Source of the DNA: Acinetobacter phage vB_ApiM_fHyAci03
DNA: 64,000 nucleotides
Strand: one strand, 5' to 3'
Sequence record: NC_049438.1
Shown: in pieces, positions 1 through 9,071 of the stretch
Position numbering within the stretch: position 1 is the first letter of the stretch
Layout of the letters: each line of letters opens with the position of its first letter
Position numbers and translations under genes: made by a program
The notes under the pieces: generated by a model
Database searches by the model: none
Told to the model about the DNA's origin: nothing
What the model saw: the letters and a program-made list of their open reading frames with translations, nothing else

Positions 1-134
1 ACGAGATGTTCGATAACAATGTACCATGATACTGGCGGAATAAAGATCGACGCAGCGGTCCACCAAAATCCTTTAGCTAAAACAATACCAGTGATGTACA
101 CTGCAAATGCAACAAGGCCAACTAATGCTCTCAT
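1..134 (-). CDS. partial small membrane protein (C-terminus beyond window start)
   Basis: ATG at 134..132 preceded by GAGGT SD; hydrophobic translation MRALVGLVAFAVYITGIVLAKGFWW...; open to position 1. Confidence 0.3.
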   Translation of the reverse strand, partial: MRALVGLVAFAVYITGIVLAKGFWWTAASIFIPPVSWYIVIEHL

Positions 135-141
135 AATTACC

Positions 142-1095
142 TCAGGCAGGTTTGTATGGTAAAATTTTACCAGATTGTAAAGCGAATTTAAATTTATCCA
201 CGTATGATGAATCATACATACGTACAACAATGTGATAGTTCTCCCAAGCAAATTCTCTGAACCATCCACTTGTGATAGAGGTGCAGACCTTTTCAAGGGC
301 TATCAAAAATGACTCTTTAGGGTCAACTTTAAAATTTGTTGGAATTTGTGAACGTTCTAATGCCAGGACGTAAGTTTCTTCGAGAACACCCAGCAATTGT
401 GTTGTCAAATCCAGTTTAAAGAATAAATCTCGAGAACAATTTACTTCAGCATCGCCATCCATGTAAAATGTATACGCAGGGCGTTCAAGGAGTTTTACTG
501 CTTCATGTATAGAATCATGATCATAGATGTAATCAAAATTTGATGTAAAGAATTCATCTTTACGAACATTAAGCATAGGGTGCCCATAATCATATGTCTC
601 TTTAGCACGTCGTTGTAACCATGCTGGATCATGAGGAATTGCACCAATTGCTGGACTTCGCAAATTCCGAATTGTGTTCATAGTCTTCAAGAAATGTGGT
701 GAATTCTTGAGAAAGCGATGAGACAATTTAAGTGAGTACAACATATTTATTGTTGCAATAGTACATGGAATTGAGCCGACGTTAACACTATCACGAATAG
801 TCCAAGAACTTTCTACCAGTTCATACGTGGTGCAATTTTTAGACATCGGATACGTGACTTCAAAGATTTGTCCGTTGATTCGATAGGCGCGAGTGTGAGT
901 ATTGAACTTCTTCGATTTTGCATCAAATATTAATTCGGACAACTCTGCATTGTGTTTAAGAGTTTCAATGACTTCATTTGCATGTTTTTCATCAATGCAA
1001 ATCATATCAATGTCTTTAGGTTTTAAGTTGTTAGGAATTTTCATGCGCTCTAAATGTTGAGCTAAAGCATACGAACCAATAATCAACGGTCTCAT
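142..1095 (-). CDS. Pol-beta-superfamily nucleotidyltransferase-like protein (317 aa)
   Basis: ORF track; N-terminal hG[GS]x(n)DhD motif (IIGSYALAQHL...KDIDMICID); occupies the position where T4 has primase 61 but lacks primase zinc finger. Confidence 0.5.
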   Translation of the reverse strand: MRPLIIGSYALAQHLERMKIPNNLKPKDIDMICIDEKHANEVIETLKHNAELSELIFDAKSKKFNTHTRAYRINGQIFEVTYPMSKNCTTYELVESSWTIRDSVNVGSIPCTIATINMLYSLKLSHRFLKNSPHFLKTMNTIRNLRSPAIGAIPHDPAWLQRRAKETYDYGHPMLNVRKDEFFTSNFDYIYDHDSIHEAVKLLERPAYTFYMDGDAEVNCSRDLFFKLDLTTQLLGVLEETYVLALERSQIPTNFKVDPKESFLIALEKVCTSITSGWFREFAWENYHIVVRMYDSSYVDKFKFALQSGKILPYKPA

Positions 1096-1326
1096 TTCAT
1101 ACCTCTACTATTTACAGCGTGTTTGATTTCTAATTGCATTTGATTAAAAATGAATGACAGCTGGATATCAGCTTTAGATGCATTAGGATCATCACGAACA
1201 GATTTGACAACCTGCTTGAGGGCTTTACGAGCCTTAATTATCAATTCAATATCTTTATCTTTCATAACAATTTACTCTTTAAGGTAATAGAGCTATTATA
1301 TCAAAACAAACAGCTCTATGTAAATA

Positions 1327-1647
1327 TCACGAATAATATTTTTTGCATGCAGTATAAATGCGATCAAGCCATTTCTCTTCAGTCATTTCGCCTTCATCGA
1401 ACATCGTCGGATCATAGCCATAATTGAGATATCGAACCCAAGCCATCATTGGGATTTGATTATCGATTACTTCGTAGATGTTACGACAATACTCGTCAAA
1501 ATAGTAATACAACTGTTTCGCTTCAAGCTGAAATGCTATGCTTTTGAAGTTGCCATTGTACTTTCGATAAAGCATTGTAAACACAGTGTTAGCGAATTCT
1601 GCACGTGGATCTGTAGGTTTGTCATAAAAATCATAATACATCAACAA
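1327..1647 (-). CDS. hypothetical protein (106 aa)
   Basis: ORF track, same-strand tandem array with neighbours. Confidence 0.5.
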   Translation of the reverse strand: MLMYYDFYDKPTDPRAEFANTVFTMLYRKYNGNFKSIAFQLEAKQLYYYFDEYCRNIYEVIDNQIPMMAWVRYLNYGYDPTMFDEGEMTEEKWLDRIYTACKKYYS

Positions 1648-1880
1648 GACTCCGAGCTATTATACCATGTGATTTCAGTTGTGCCATGACTTTGAGTGAT
1701 GTCAAAATTCATGAAGTGTAACTCATGTTCTTCGATAATTTCGCCTACATGTTCAGCTAGTGTACGAACAGTGCCAAGAATTTCTTTTACACGAATTTCT
1801 GCAGTGAGCCGAGCTAAACGTTTAGCCTCTTTTTCATCTTCACGTTGTTGCTTGACAACTAATGCGCCTTGTTTACTCAT
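1641..1880 (-). CDS. hypothetical protein (79 aa)
   Basis: ORF track, start/stop overlap with flanking ORFs (translational coupling). Confidence 0.45.
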   Translation of the reverse strand: MSKQGALVVKQQREDEKEAKRLARLTAEIRVKEILGTVRTLAEHVGEIIEEHELHFMNFDITQSHGTTEITWYNSSESC

Positions 1881-2132
1881 TTAACTCTCCGAATTCGACC
1901 AATTGCTGTTATGCCATACTTGTTCAATGACGCCATATCCATTGTTAGATGTAATAGAGAAATCTAAACGTTCTTCAATTGAAACTCGTTCGGCTTCATC
2001 TAATAAGTCTTGAATGCTGTTGACAAGTTCTTGTAAATATTGCTTACTTTTGCTCATAATGGCACCTTTAACATGTTTCCGATGATGGCGACCATGAAGA
2101 AGTCGAACCGTAATAGCGACCACCCATGCCAT
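1881..2132 (-). CDS. hypothetical protein (83 aa)
   Basis: ORF track; tandem small early-gene array. Confidence 0.45.
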   Translation of the reverse strand: MAWVVAITVRLLHGRHHRKHVKGAIMSKSKQYLQELVNSIQDLLDEAERVSIEERLDFSITSNNGYGVIEQVWHNSNWSNSES

Positions 2133-2259
2133 ATGCGGGTTGAATATAAAAATTTAACTCATGCTTGTCAGCAAAAGCCTCGGCTTCATGAATAGCAGCA
2201 TAGATTTTCTTACGCAATGCTTCCATATGTTCATCGATTTGGTCTTCAGACATTCCCAT
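2068..2259 (-). CDS. hypothetical protein (63 aa, start uncertain, overlaps next ORF)
   Basis: ORF track. Confidence 0.35.
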   Translation of the reverse strand: MGMSEDQIDEHMEALRKKIYAAIHEAEAFADKHELNFYIQPAYGMGGRYYGSTSSWSPSSETC

Positions 2260-2321
2260 GTGTTTATCCTTAAAAAGTAATAGGACTATTATAACATAGT
2301 CCTATGATGTTGTAAACCACT

Positions 2322-3818
2322 TTAGAAATTTAATTGTGCTGCAAGATCTTCAAGCTCAGATCGTGATGCTGCAGAAATTCGATGAACTTTTTCTAGTTCT
2401 TCACGATTAGACAATTTGATTGACTCTTCTGTGATAGGAATATTCTCCTTTGCATCAACACATGCTTTAATAATGATGTCATCAGTCATCATTTCGTCAG
2501 GAATAACTGGTGCACTCGGTCCATCTGCTTCATACCAGCGCTGATTACCTTTCTTAACACATAACGTGAATTTGTTATTGATTGACTTGTCGCCATAACG
2601 AGATTTAATTTGTTTCATTAGCTGAACACCTTGTGCTGCAAGCTCTTCAGTTTCAATTGCAGCTAAAATGAAGTCAGCGGTATGGCTTAAGCCTGCAGAT
2701 TCTGCAATATCGCTCATGGTAATATCAGAGTTATCCCAGCCGCCACGAGTTGTTTGAGCAGCAGTCCAAATTGGGACTCCTTCTTCAACCGCTAATGCAC
2801 GTAGTTCTTCAGCGATTGCTTTAACAAGTGTATATGAATTTTCGCTAAACACCTTAATTCGAGATGATGCACAAATACCCAAGTAATCGACAACAATAAC
2901 ATCTGGCTTAAATCCCTTCTTGAGTTTGAGTTCATTCAATAACGCTTTAAATGTTAATGCATGTGCACCGCCAATAGGATATTGTTTGATGTACAATTGT
3001 CCTAAAACATTTGCTCGTCTCCAACGTTCCATACGAGCTTTATATTCGGGGTAACTAACATGTCCATCATCTAAGTCATCCATTGAGATATCTAGCAAGT
3101 TTGCATCAATACGTTTTGCAACAACTTCTTCTGCCATCTCCATTGAGATATAAAGAACATTTTTACCGGATTGCAAATAGTCGGCAGTTAATGAACACAG
3201 CCCTAAAGATTTACCAACATTAACACCTGCTAAAATGATGTTAAGTGTTCCAATTTCTACACCGCCTTTAGTGATTTTTCCAAGTATAGAAAGTTTGAAT
3301 GGAATCTTACGTGCTTTGTTCTGATATGATAACCAACGAGATTCATAGTCATCCATCCAGTTATGCCCAATAGATGAATCAAAGCATACTGCTAATGCCT
3401 CTTTCATGATATCTGGGATTGCACCTACATCAGGCAATCGTTTATCTCGTTGGTTTATAGGTTTATCAGCATTGTTCTGAATTTGAACAATTTTTACAGT
3501 GGCATTATATATCGCACGTTTTTTGATAAACGCTTCTGTTTCTGGTACTAACCAATCAATAGATTCCTTTTCAGTTTTGAGATTGTTTAATAAAGTAGTT
3601 GTGCCGTTGAAGTCTACTTCGTTTAAACTTGAATTGTTGACAACTAAGTCTAATGCTACTTTTGATGGAACTCCATGGTATGCATCTACATGCTTCTTAA
3701 TAGAGTTATAGAGAATTCTTGCTGGACCTTTGTCAAAATATTCCTCTTTGAGATATGGCCATACTTTGCCAAAATACTCTTGATTCGAGATCAATTGTCC
3801 TAAAATAATATCAATCAT
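2322..3818 (-). CDS. 41: replicative DNA helicase gp41 (DnaB-like)
   Basis: 498 aa; Walker A GVNVGKS, RecA-like helicase motifs; synteny with T4 41. Confidence 0.9.
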   Translation of the reverse strand: MIDIILGQLISNQEYFGKVWPYLKEEYFDKGPARILYNSIKKHVDAYHGVPSKVALDLVVNNSSLNEVDFNGTTTLLNNLKTEKESIDWLVPETEAFIKKRAIYNATVKIVQIQNNADKPINQRDKRLPDVGAIPDIMKEALAVCFDSSIGHNWMDDYESRWLSYQNKARKIPFKLSILGKITKGGVEIGTLNIILAGVNVGKSLGLCSLTADYLQSGKNVLYISMEMAEEVVAKRIDANLLDISMDDLDDGHVSYPEYKARMERWRRANVLGQLYIKQYPIGGAHALTFKALLNELKLKKGFKPDVIVVDYLGICASSRIKVFSENSYTLVKAIAEELRALAVEEGVPIWTAAQTTRGGWDNSDITMSDIAESAGLSHTADFILAAIETEELAAQGVQLMKQIKSRYGDKSINNKFTLCVKKGNQRWYEADGPSAPVIPDEMMTDDIIIKACVDAKENIPITEESIKLSNREELEKVHRISAASRSELEDLAAQLNF

Positions 3819-3868
3819 GTGAACACCTTAATTAACTAAATCAATTATATCATCATCTCATAGAAGCA

Positions 3869-3886
3869 ATAGGCCCGAAGGCCTAT
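3869..3886 (-). terminator. rho-independent terminator, GGCC-UUCG-GGCC tetraloop hairpin
   Basis: AGGCC-CGAA-GGCCT (UUCG on transcribed strand) + U tract, directly after ORF 3888..4190 stop. Confidence 0.6.
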
Positions 3887-3887
3887 T

Positions 3888-4190
3888 TTAAAAACTGAAC
3901 GGTTTCTTACGTTTAGAGAAGTTCACAATCATTTCTTTTAGAATATATTCGATATGTGGAATCAACTCTGCCTTACGATCTTCACTTGGAGTACTGAAGC
4001 CATATGTTACTCCATTGCCGGAAATTTGGAATTCTGTAATGTAAACAATATGATCTGTACCATCTTCAAGCTTAATTAGGAGTTCATGTTTTACATCTTT
4101 CATTGCATCTTTAATAATACTTAAAGACTTTTCATATAAAGCGCCTGATGGGCCTTTATCATCTTCTTGAATTGCTTCAACTTGTTCCAT
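3888..4190 (-). CDS. hypothetical protein (100 aa)
   Basis: ORF track; followed by UUCG-tetraloop terminator. Confidence 0.5.
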   Translation of the reverse strand: MEQVEAIQEDDKGPSGALYEKSLSIIKDAMKDVKHELLIKLEDGTDHIVYITEFQISGNGVTYGFSTPSEDRKAELIPHIEYILKEMIVNFSKRKKPFSF

Positions 4191-4193
4191 ATG

Positions 4194-5312
4194 TTACTCC
4201 AATAATGCCTTTTCCCACATCGCGTACACACGAGATGGATTGTATTGTTCATATAATGCATTAGCACGTGCAACACGTTGTTCATATGTGTCTTCGAACT
4301 CATTTAATGCTTTAGAATATGCGGCAATAATGTCATTAGTTGTCATACCTTCTTCAATCCAAACAACTTTAGTTAATGGATCATGTTCAAGTGTTGCATG
4401 ACTATAACCACGTTTGATGAGTTGAAGTACAGGCACACCTTTCTCAATAGCTTCCAATGAACCATGTTCAATAGTGCCTGTGTCATGACAAGTGTTAACA
4501 AGGACTAGCGCTTCGGCTAATGTTGCCTGGATAGTTGCACGCGGAACATCAATATGTACAAAAGGCTCTTTGAGATATTTCTTAGGTGGTGCCCATTGAC
4601 TTGGCAGGAATGCAGCAATTTTATGGTGAGATTTACTCATTGCTTCTAAAGCTACATTTGTCTTTCTGAATTTCAAATCATAGCGCTGTGCTGAAACTAC
4701 AACACCATTAGAAGGCAGCACTTTAGGACGATTTTCGATTAATGTAGCCGGGAAGAAATTATCTGAGATGATGTCATGCTCTTGCCAATAATCGAAATCA
4801 ATTGCACCTTTAGCAACTTTGATATTCATTTTTGAATACACTTGAGCCGTAAGGTCTTTAAATGTTTGAGTTGGCACAAGATTCTTGCCGCCATTTTGGT
4901 GAATAAAAACAGCAGTACGCCAAATTGAAACAAGTGTTCGAATACTAGGATCGAGTGGCGTGGCTAAAAGGTTTCGAATTTTAGGTCCTAACCCGAGTTT
5001 GATCAAGCCATTGATAACACCTTTTGCACCTTCAACAGTAACAACTACATCATATTTTGAATAGTCCAATTGTGAAATTTTGTCAATGATTTTGTTGCCG
5101 TGTTTGATAGTGTACTTGTCCACAATTGGGTAGTCAATAGATATTGCATTGACTTTATATGGACCAAAGTTCTCATCGCCGAACGCCATGTAATCGATTT
5201 CATGGTGCTTACTCATTGTTTTGATGAAATTCAATTGAACTGATTCTAAGCCACCGGAAATATAATCAGCATTAAATGTAATAAATCGACATGGAATGTA
5301 TAAAATTTTCAT
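4194..5312 (-). CDS. GT-B fold glycosyltransferase (paralog 1), candidate DNA hydroxymethyl-base glycosyltransferase
   Basis: 372 aa; C-terminal GT4-like motif EHGSLEAIEKGVPVLQL; ~50% identical to adjacent ORF; sits where T4 has beta-gt. Confidence 0.7.
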   Translation of the reverse strand: MKILYIPCRFITFNADYISGGLESVQLNFIKTMSKHHEIDYMAFGDENFGPYKVNAISIDYPIVDKYTIKHGNKIIDKISQLDYSKYDVVVTVEGAKGVINGLIKLGLGPKIRNLLATPLDPSIRTLVSIWRTAVFIHQNGGKNLVPTQTFKDLTAQVYSKMNIKVAKGAIDFDYWQEHDIISDNFFPATLIENRPKVLPSNGVVVSAQRYDLKFRKTNVALEAMSKSHHKIAAFLPSQWAPPKKYLKEPFVHIDVPRATIQATLAEALVLVNTCHDTGTIEHGSLEAIEKGVPVLQLIKRGYSHATLEHDPLTKVVWIEEGMTTNDIIAAYSKALNEFEDTYEQRVARANALYEQYNPSRVYAMWEKALLE

Positions 5313-5341
5313 GTTTCATCTCAAAGAAAGTGTAGTATTAT

Positions 5342-5360
5342 GGAGCCCGAAGGCCCCAGT
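5342..5360 (-). terminator. UUCG-tetraloop hairpin after glycosyltransferase paralog 2
   Basis: GGAGCC-CGAA-GGCCCC between the two GT genes. Confidence 0.45.
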
Positions 5361-5367
5361 TTCAAAA

Positions 5368-6492
5368 TTATTTTAAAACATTTTCCCAGAGTTTGAAATA
5401 TGCTTCTTCGTTAAATTTGTTGTAAAGATATTCAGCCCGTGCAACACGTTGTTCATATGTATCTTCAAACTCATTTAATGCTTTAGCATACATCTCGATT
5501 AATTCTTGAGTACTTGCACCTTCTTCAAATTCAACTCGAACAGTATTAGGGTCGTACTCAAATGTAGCATGGTTGTATCCTTTTTGAATGAGTTGAAGTA
5601 CTGGCGTACCTTGAGAAATAGCTTCAAGCGATCCATTTTCTACTGTACCAGTGTTGTGGCACGTATTGACAAGAAGTTTGGCAGTTGAAATTTCTTTTTG
5701 TATGGTTTGTCGTTTAGCATCGATAATGACCCAGTGATCTTTCTCCAGCCATTTTTTGCCAGGTGCCCATTTCGACGGACAGAATGCGATCTTAGGCCCA
5801 TCAAATAAATCCATTGCACCGAATGCAACATTAGATTTTCTGAATGCATTGTCAAACCGTTGGGCTTGTACAATATGCCCTTCAGAATGAAGGACTTCAG
5901 GTTTATTTGCAATCAAAATCGGCGGATAAAATTCATCTGCAATAATATCATGATTTTGCCAATAATCAAAATCAATGACTTCTGCGGCAATACGTTCATT
6001 CATTTTAGAATAAACCTTTGCAGCTAAATCTTTGAACGTTTGAGTAGGAACGATATTCTTTCCGCCAAGTTTATGGACCATTACTGCATTGTTCCAGCAT
6101 TGTACGATACCACGAACTGATGGGTCAAGTGGAGTAGCAAGAATATTACGAACCTTTGAAATTTGTCCAAGTTCGGCTAATGTATTAAGAACCATTTTAC
6201 TGCCTTCAATGATCACAATAGCATCGTACCGATCCCAGTCTGTGATTTCTTGAAGTTTGTATTTGATTTTATACGCATGTGCGGTAGTGAACTTTGCGCC
6301 AATAGGTTTATCAATTGATAATTCGTTAACTTTAACACTGCCGAAGTTTTCGTCGCCAAATGAAACGTAATCGATATCATGCACTTTTGACAAGTTGACA
6401 ATAAAATTATACTGAACCGCTTCAAGGCCGCCAGCAACACGATCAATATCAAATGGCACTGAACGGCAAGGTAAGTATAAAATTTTCATATT
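5368..6492 (-). CDS. GT-B fold glycosyltransferase (paralog 2)
   Basis: Paralog of 4194..5312 (MKILYLPCR..., ENGSLEAISQGTPVLQL); likely start at second Met (6492) abutting upstream kinase gene. Confidence 0.7.
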   Translation of the reverse strand, partial: NMKILYLPCRSVPFDIDRVAGGLEAVQYNFIVNLSKVHDIDYVSFGDENFGSVKVNELSIDKPIGAKFTTAHAYKIKYKLQEITDWDRYDAIVIIEGSKMVLNTLAELGQISKVRNILATPLDPSVRGIVQCWNNAVMVHKLGGKNIVPTQTFKDLAAKVYSKMNERIAAEVIDFDYWQNHDIIADEFYPPILIANKPEVLHSEGHIVQAQRFDNAFRKSNVAFGAMDLFDGPKIAFCPSKWAPGKKWLEKDHWVIIDAKRQTIQKEISTAKLLVNTCHNTGTVENGSLEAISQGTPVLQLIQKGYNHATFEYDPNTVRVEFEEGASTQELIEMYAKALNEFEDTYEQRVARAEYLYNKFNEEAYFKLWENVLK

Positions 6493-7033
6493 ATGCTCCA
6501 ATAAAATTTTCAAGGTTTAAATCATAAACCACATCAGTAAATGATTTAGCTTCATTAATATTGTTGTGTACATCATGATCGAGGATTTTATATGGAGTTA
6601 TATTAAATTCATCATATACTTCATTAAACCGATCTACGATTGCATTGAATTGATCTTCACTTACTGTAATTAAATCATCAGTAAAGCTATCTACAAGTTT
6701 GTTTCGTGTTAGCCCAATAACCAAGACTTCATTGTTTTGAATGAAACGTCTGAAATCATCTTTGAAGATTTCAACTGGCTTTCCACGAAGAACACTTTCA
6801 TATACAATGTTACTTAAACCGCCTCGATCCAAAACATAGATTTTACTGTTATCGACATAATTTAACATCGTTTCAAAAATTGCGACTTCATTTCGAGTTA
6901 GACAAGTGAAACGTCCTTCACTTGTCTTTTTCGGAAATTCCATCAAGGTTACATCAAAATGACGAGTAAGATTGCTAATCAAAGTTGTCTTACCAGCATT
7001 ATCAGGCCCTTCTACAAGAATTATTTTTGCCAT
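6491..7033 (-). CDS. thymidylate-kinase-like nucleotide kinase (180 aa)
   Basis: P-loop GPDNAGKTT and TMPK DR-motif LDRGGLSNIVYE; distinct from gp1 dNMP kinase found at 46572. Confidence 0.6.
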   Translation of the reverse strand: MAKIILVEGPDNAGKTTLISNLTRHFDVTLMEFPKKTSEGRFTCLTRNEVAIFETMLNYVDNSKIYVLDRGGLSNIVYESVLRGKPVEIFKDDFRRFIQNNEVLVIGLTRNKLVDSFTDDLITVSEDQFNAIVDRFNEVYDEFNITPYKILDHDVHNNINEAKSFTDVVYDLNLENFIGA

Positions 7034-7965
7034 ACATCTTCACCAGGTTGAATAACTACTTCATCATATGATGGCATTATATACTCACTAATGATGTTAG
7101 CATCAAAATAAATCAATTCACCTAACCCAGGATGAAACACATTTTGTGGATTTTCGTTGTAGATAATTGTTGGACGCTGAGACAACGTAATGTAATACGC
7201 GATCTTTGACATTTTAACATCCATAATGGTTACATCTGGATATAGCTCAGCAATCTGATCTTTAAAATCAACATATGTGTCATTTGGATCTGTGATAATG
7301 AGCATATTACCAGTTTCTGCACAATCTTTTACAACATCCATGAATCTATAACATTTGTCAGAGAGTCTGAATGGAAAGAATACAATATTAGAACCCATGT
7401 GCTGAGTGTCATCGATATTTTTTATATATCGTGCAATGACATCAGGATTGACTACCTTTTGAGTCATCACAATTTTATCTGCATCAATTCCATGAGCAAT
7501 AAATTCTGCTCGTTGAGATTCATTCAATACAAATACTTTAATAGATTGCCGTGCAGTTTCAAGATCCGATTCCCACCATTTATCAATGTATGGACGATCT
7601 AATCCAGGAACTTTGGAAATATTTGCATTGAAAATAAATTCATGAACTCCATTATAACCAGTGACATCAGTTATTAATACGTCGATGTTGTTTATTCGCA
7701 TAATTTCATCAACATTAGATTCATTCCAATACCAGAACCATTGGCGAGTTTCTTCAGCATTAGTACCATAATGAAATTGTACAAAGTTGAAATCTGGAAA
7801 TAAGAATTCTAATTCAGATTTGTCTGAAATGTTGAATGGTACAGCAATCAAATCGCCTTTCTGTGCACGATGTAGATGCAACTGAAAGTTGCCGTCTTTG
7901 AGGACGGCATACTCACGAGTAGCATATGATCGCATTGAAAAAATTGGCACAATCATTCTGCTCAT
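7021..7965 (-). CDS. hypothetical protein (314 aa), possible glycosyltransferase-like
   Basis: ORF track; weak C-terminal GT-B-like pattern (HPGLGELIYFDANII); within modification island. Confidence 0.5.
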   Translation of the reverse strand: MSRMIVPIFSMRSYATREYAVLKDGNFQLHLHRAQKGDLIAVPFNISDKSELEFLFPDFNFVQFHYGTNAEETRQWFWYWNESNVDEIMRINNIDVLITDVTGYNGVHEFIFNANISKVPGLDRPYIDKWWESDLETARQSIKVFVLNESQRAEFIAHGIDADKIVMTQKVVNPDVIARYIKNIDDTQHMGSNIVFFPFRLSDKCYRFMDVVKDCAETGNMLIITDPNDTYVDFKDQIAELYPDVTIMDVKMSKIAYYITLSQRPTIIYNENPQNVFHPGLGELIYFDANIISEYIMPSYDEVVIQPGEDVWQK

Positions 7966-7968
7966 AGC

Positions 7969-8679
7969 TTATTCTTCCAAAAATGATTTAACATATTCAA
8001 TATCCCGTTCAAATACATGTGCAGATACAATTGAGTGTGCATAAGTGCCAAGTCCTACACCACATTCTTTAGCAACATGTTCCATGAATCGATGCATAAG
8101 ATAAAAATCTAATTGCATTACCACTGCACAGTTTTGACTACGCATATGAGTATGCATATAAAGTAGCCCTTCACGAATATAAAACGTAATAGAATCCGTG
8201 CATGGGTATTCTAAAGTTTCATCTGAATCTAAAAGAACTTGGTCTTGCTCCTGAAGAATTTGGAAAACTACTCGTCGTGAGTTTGGTTTTTCTTTAAGTT
8301 CTTTAATAAGAGCTGGCATTTGGGCTGCGATTCGTGGCCCGTAGAAGGTGTTGAAATTCGAAGGAAGAGTATCCGTCTTCGGCTTTGCAATGAACTTCGC
8401 GACATTTGGATACTCCTTAAACGCTTGTTCCGCATCTGTGCCACCTTGAATCATGAATTCCCAGAATTTTTCAGCATAACCATAATCAATACGATTGATA
8501 CGTTTGTCTTTAAATGTTGCACCTTGTTCAGGTAATCCGATTTCAATAAGAATTGAACCAATTTCATGACACTTACCGATACGAGAATCTGTGACGAATT
8601 CCGGTGCTTCAACAACAAAATTATTGATACGTTTGAATGCCTCTTCGAACGTGCTAGCTAAAATATATTTTGACATCAA
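7969..8679 (-). CDS. 42: deoxynucleotide hydroxymethylase, thymidylate-synthase family (gp42-like)
   Basis: 236 aa; TS-family motifs NSRRVVFQI and PCTDSITFY...MRSQN; synteny with T4 42. Confidence 0.65.
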   Translation of the reverse strand: MMSKYILASTFEEAFKRINNFVVEAPEFVTDSRIGKCHEIGSILIEIGLPEQGATFKDKRINRIDYGYAEKFWEFMIQGGTDAEQAFKEYPNVAKFIAKPKTDTLPSNFNTFYGPRIAAQMPALIKELKEKPNSRRVVFQILQEQDQVLLDSDETLEYPCTDSITFYIREGLLYMHTHMRSQNCAVVMQLDFYLMHRFMEHVAKECGVGLGTYAHSIVSAHVFERDIEYVKSFLEE

Positions 8680-9071
8680 ATCACCTTTGGGGTATATGGT
8701 TGTTTAGATAATAACTCATTTTTTAGAAAAGCATCTTTGAACTCACGTGGGTTCATTGCTTTGTCATCAATGATCCAGTCATAAACCGGCTTATGAGTTA
8801 TCAAGTGATGATATTTCAATCCGATTTTCTTAAGATTTTTTATTAAAGGTGGCAAGATAATCGAATCAATTAATTCTGGGCCTACTGACTTCATGCCTCT
8901 GGCTGTGAACAGTGTGATTGTATGCCCTTGATCATATAACGAATTAATAGTATCGACCATCTGTTGGTCTGGAACGAAATTCTCATAATCTCGATTATCA
9001 TTCCAGACAGTAATGGTGTTATCGATATCTATGCAAAAATGTTTTGCACCAGTCATTAAAGTTTCTCCCAA
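8676..9071 (-). CDS. HAD-superfamily sugar phosphatase (131 aa)
   Basis: DxDxT motif FCIDIDNTIT; small KdsC/GmhB-like HAD. Confidence 0.55.
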   Translation of the reverse strand: MGETLMTGAKHFCIDIDNTITVWNDNRDYENFVPDQQMVDTINSLYDQGHTITLFTARGMKSVGPELIDSIILPPLIKNLKKIGLKYHHLITHKPVYDWIIDDKAMNPREFKDAFLKNELLSKQPYTPKVI

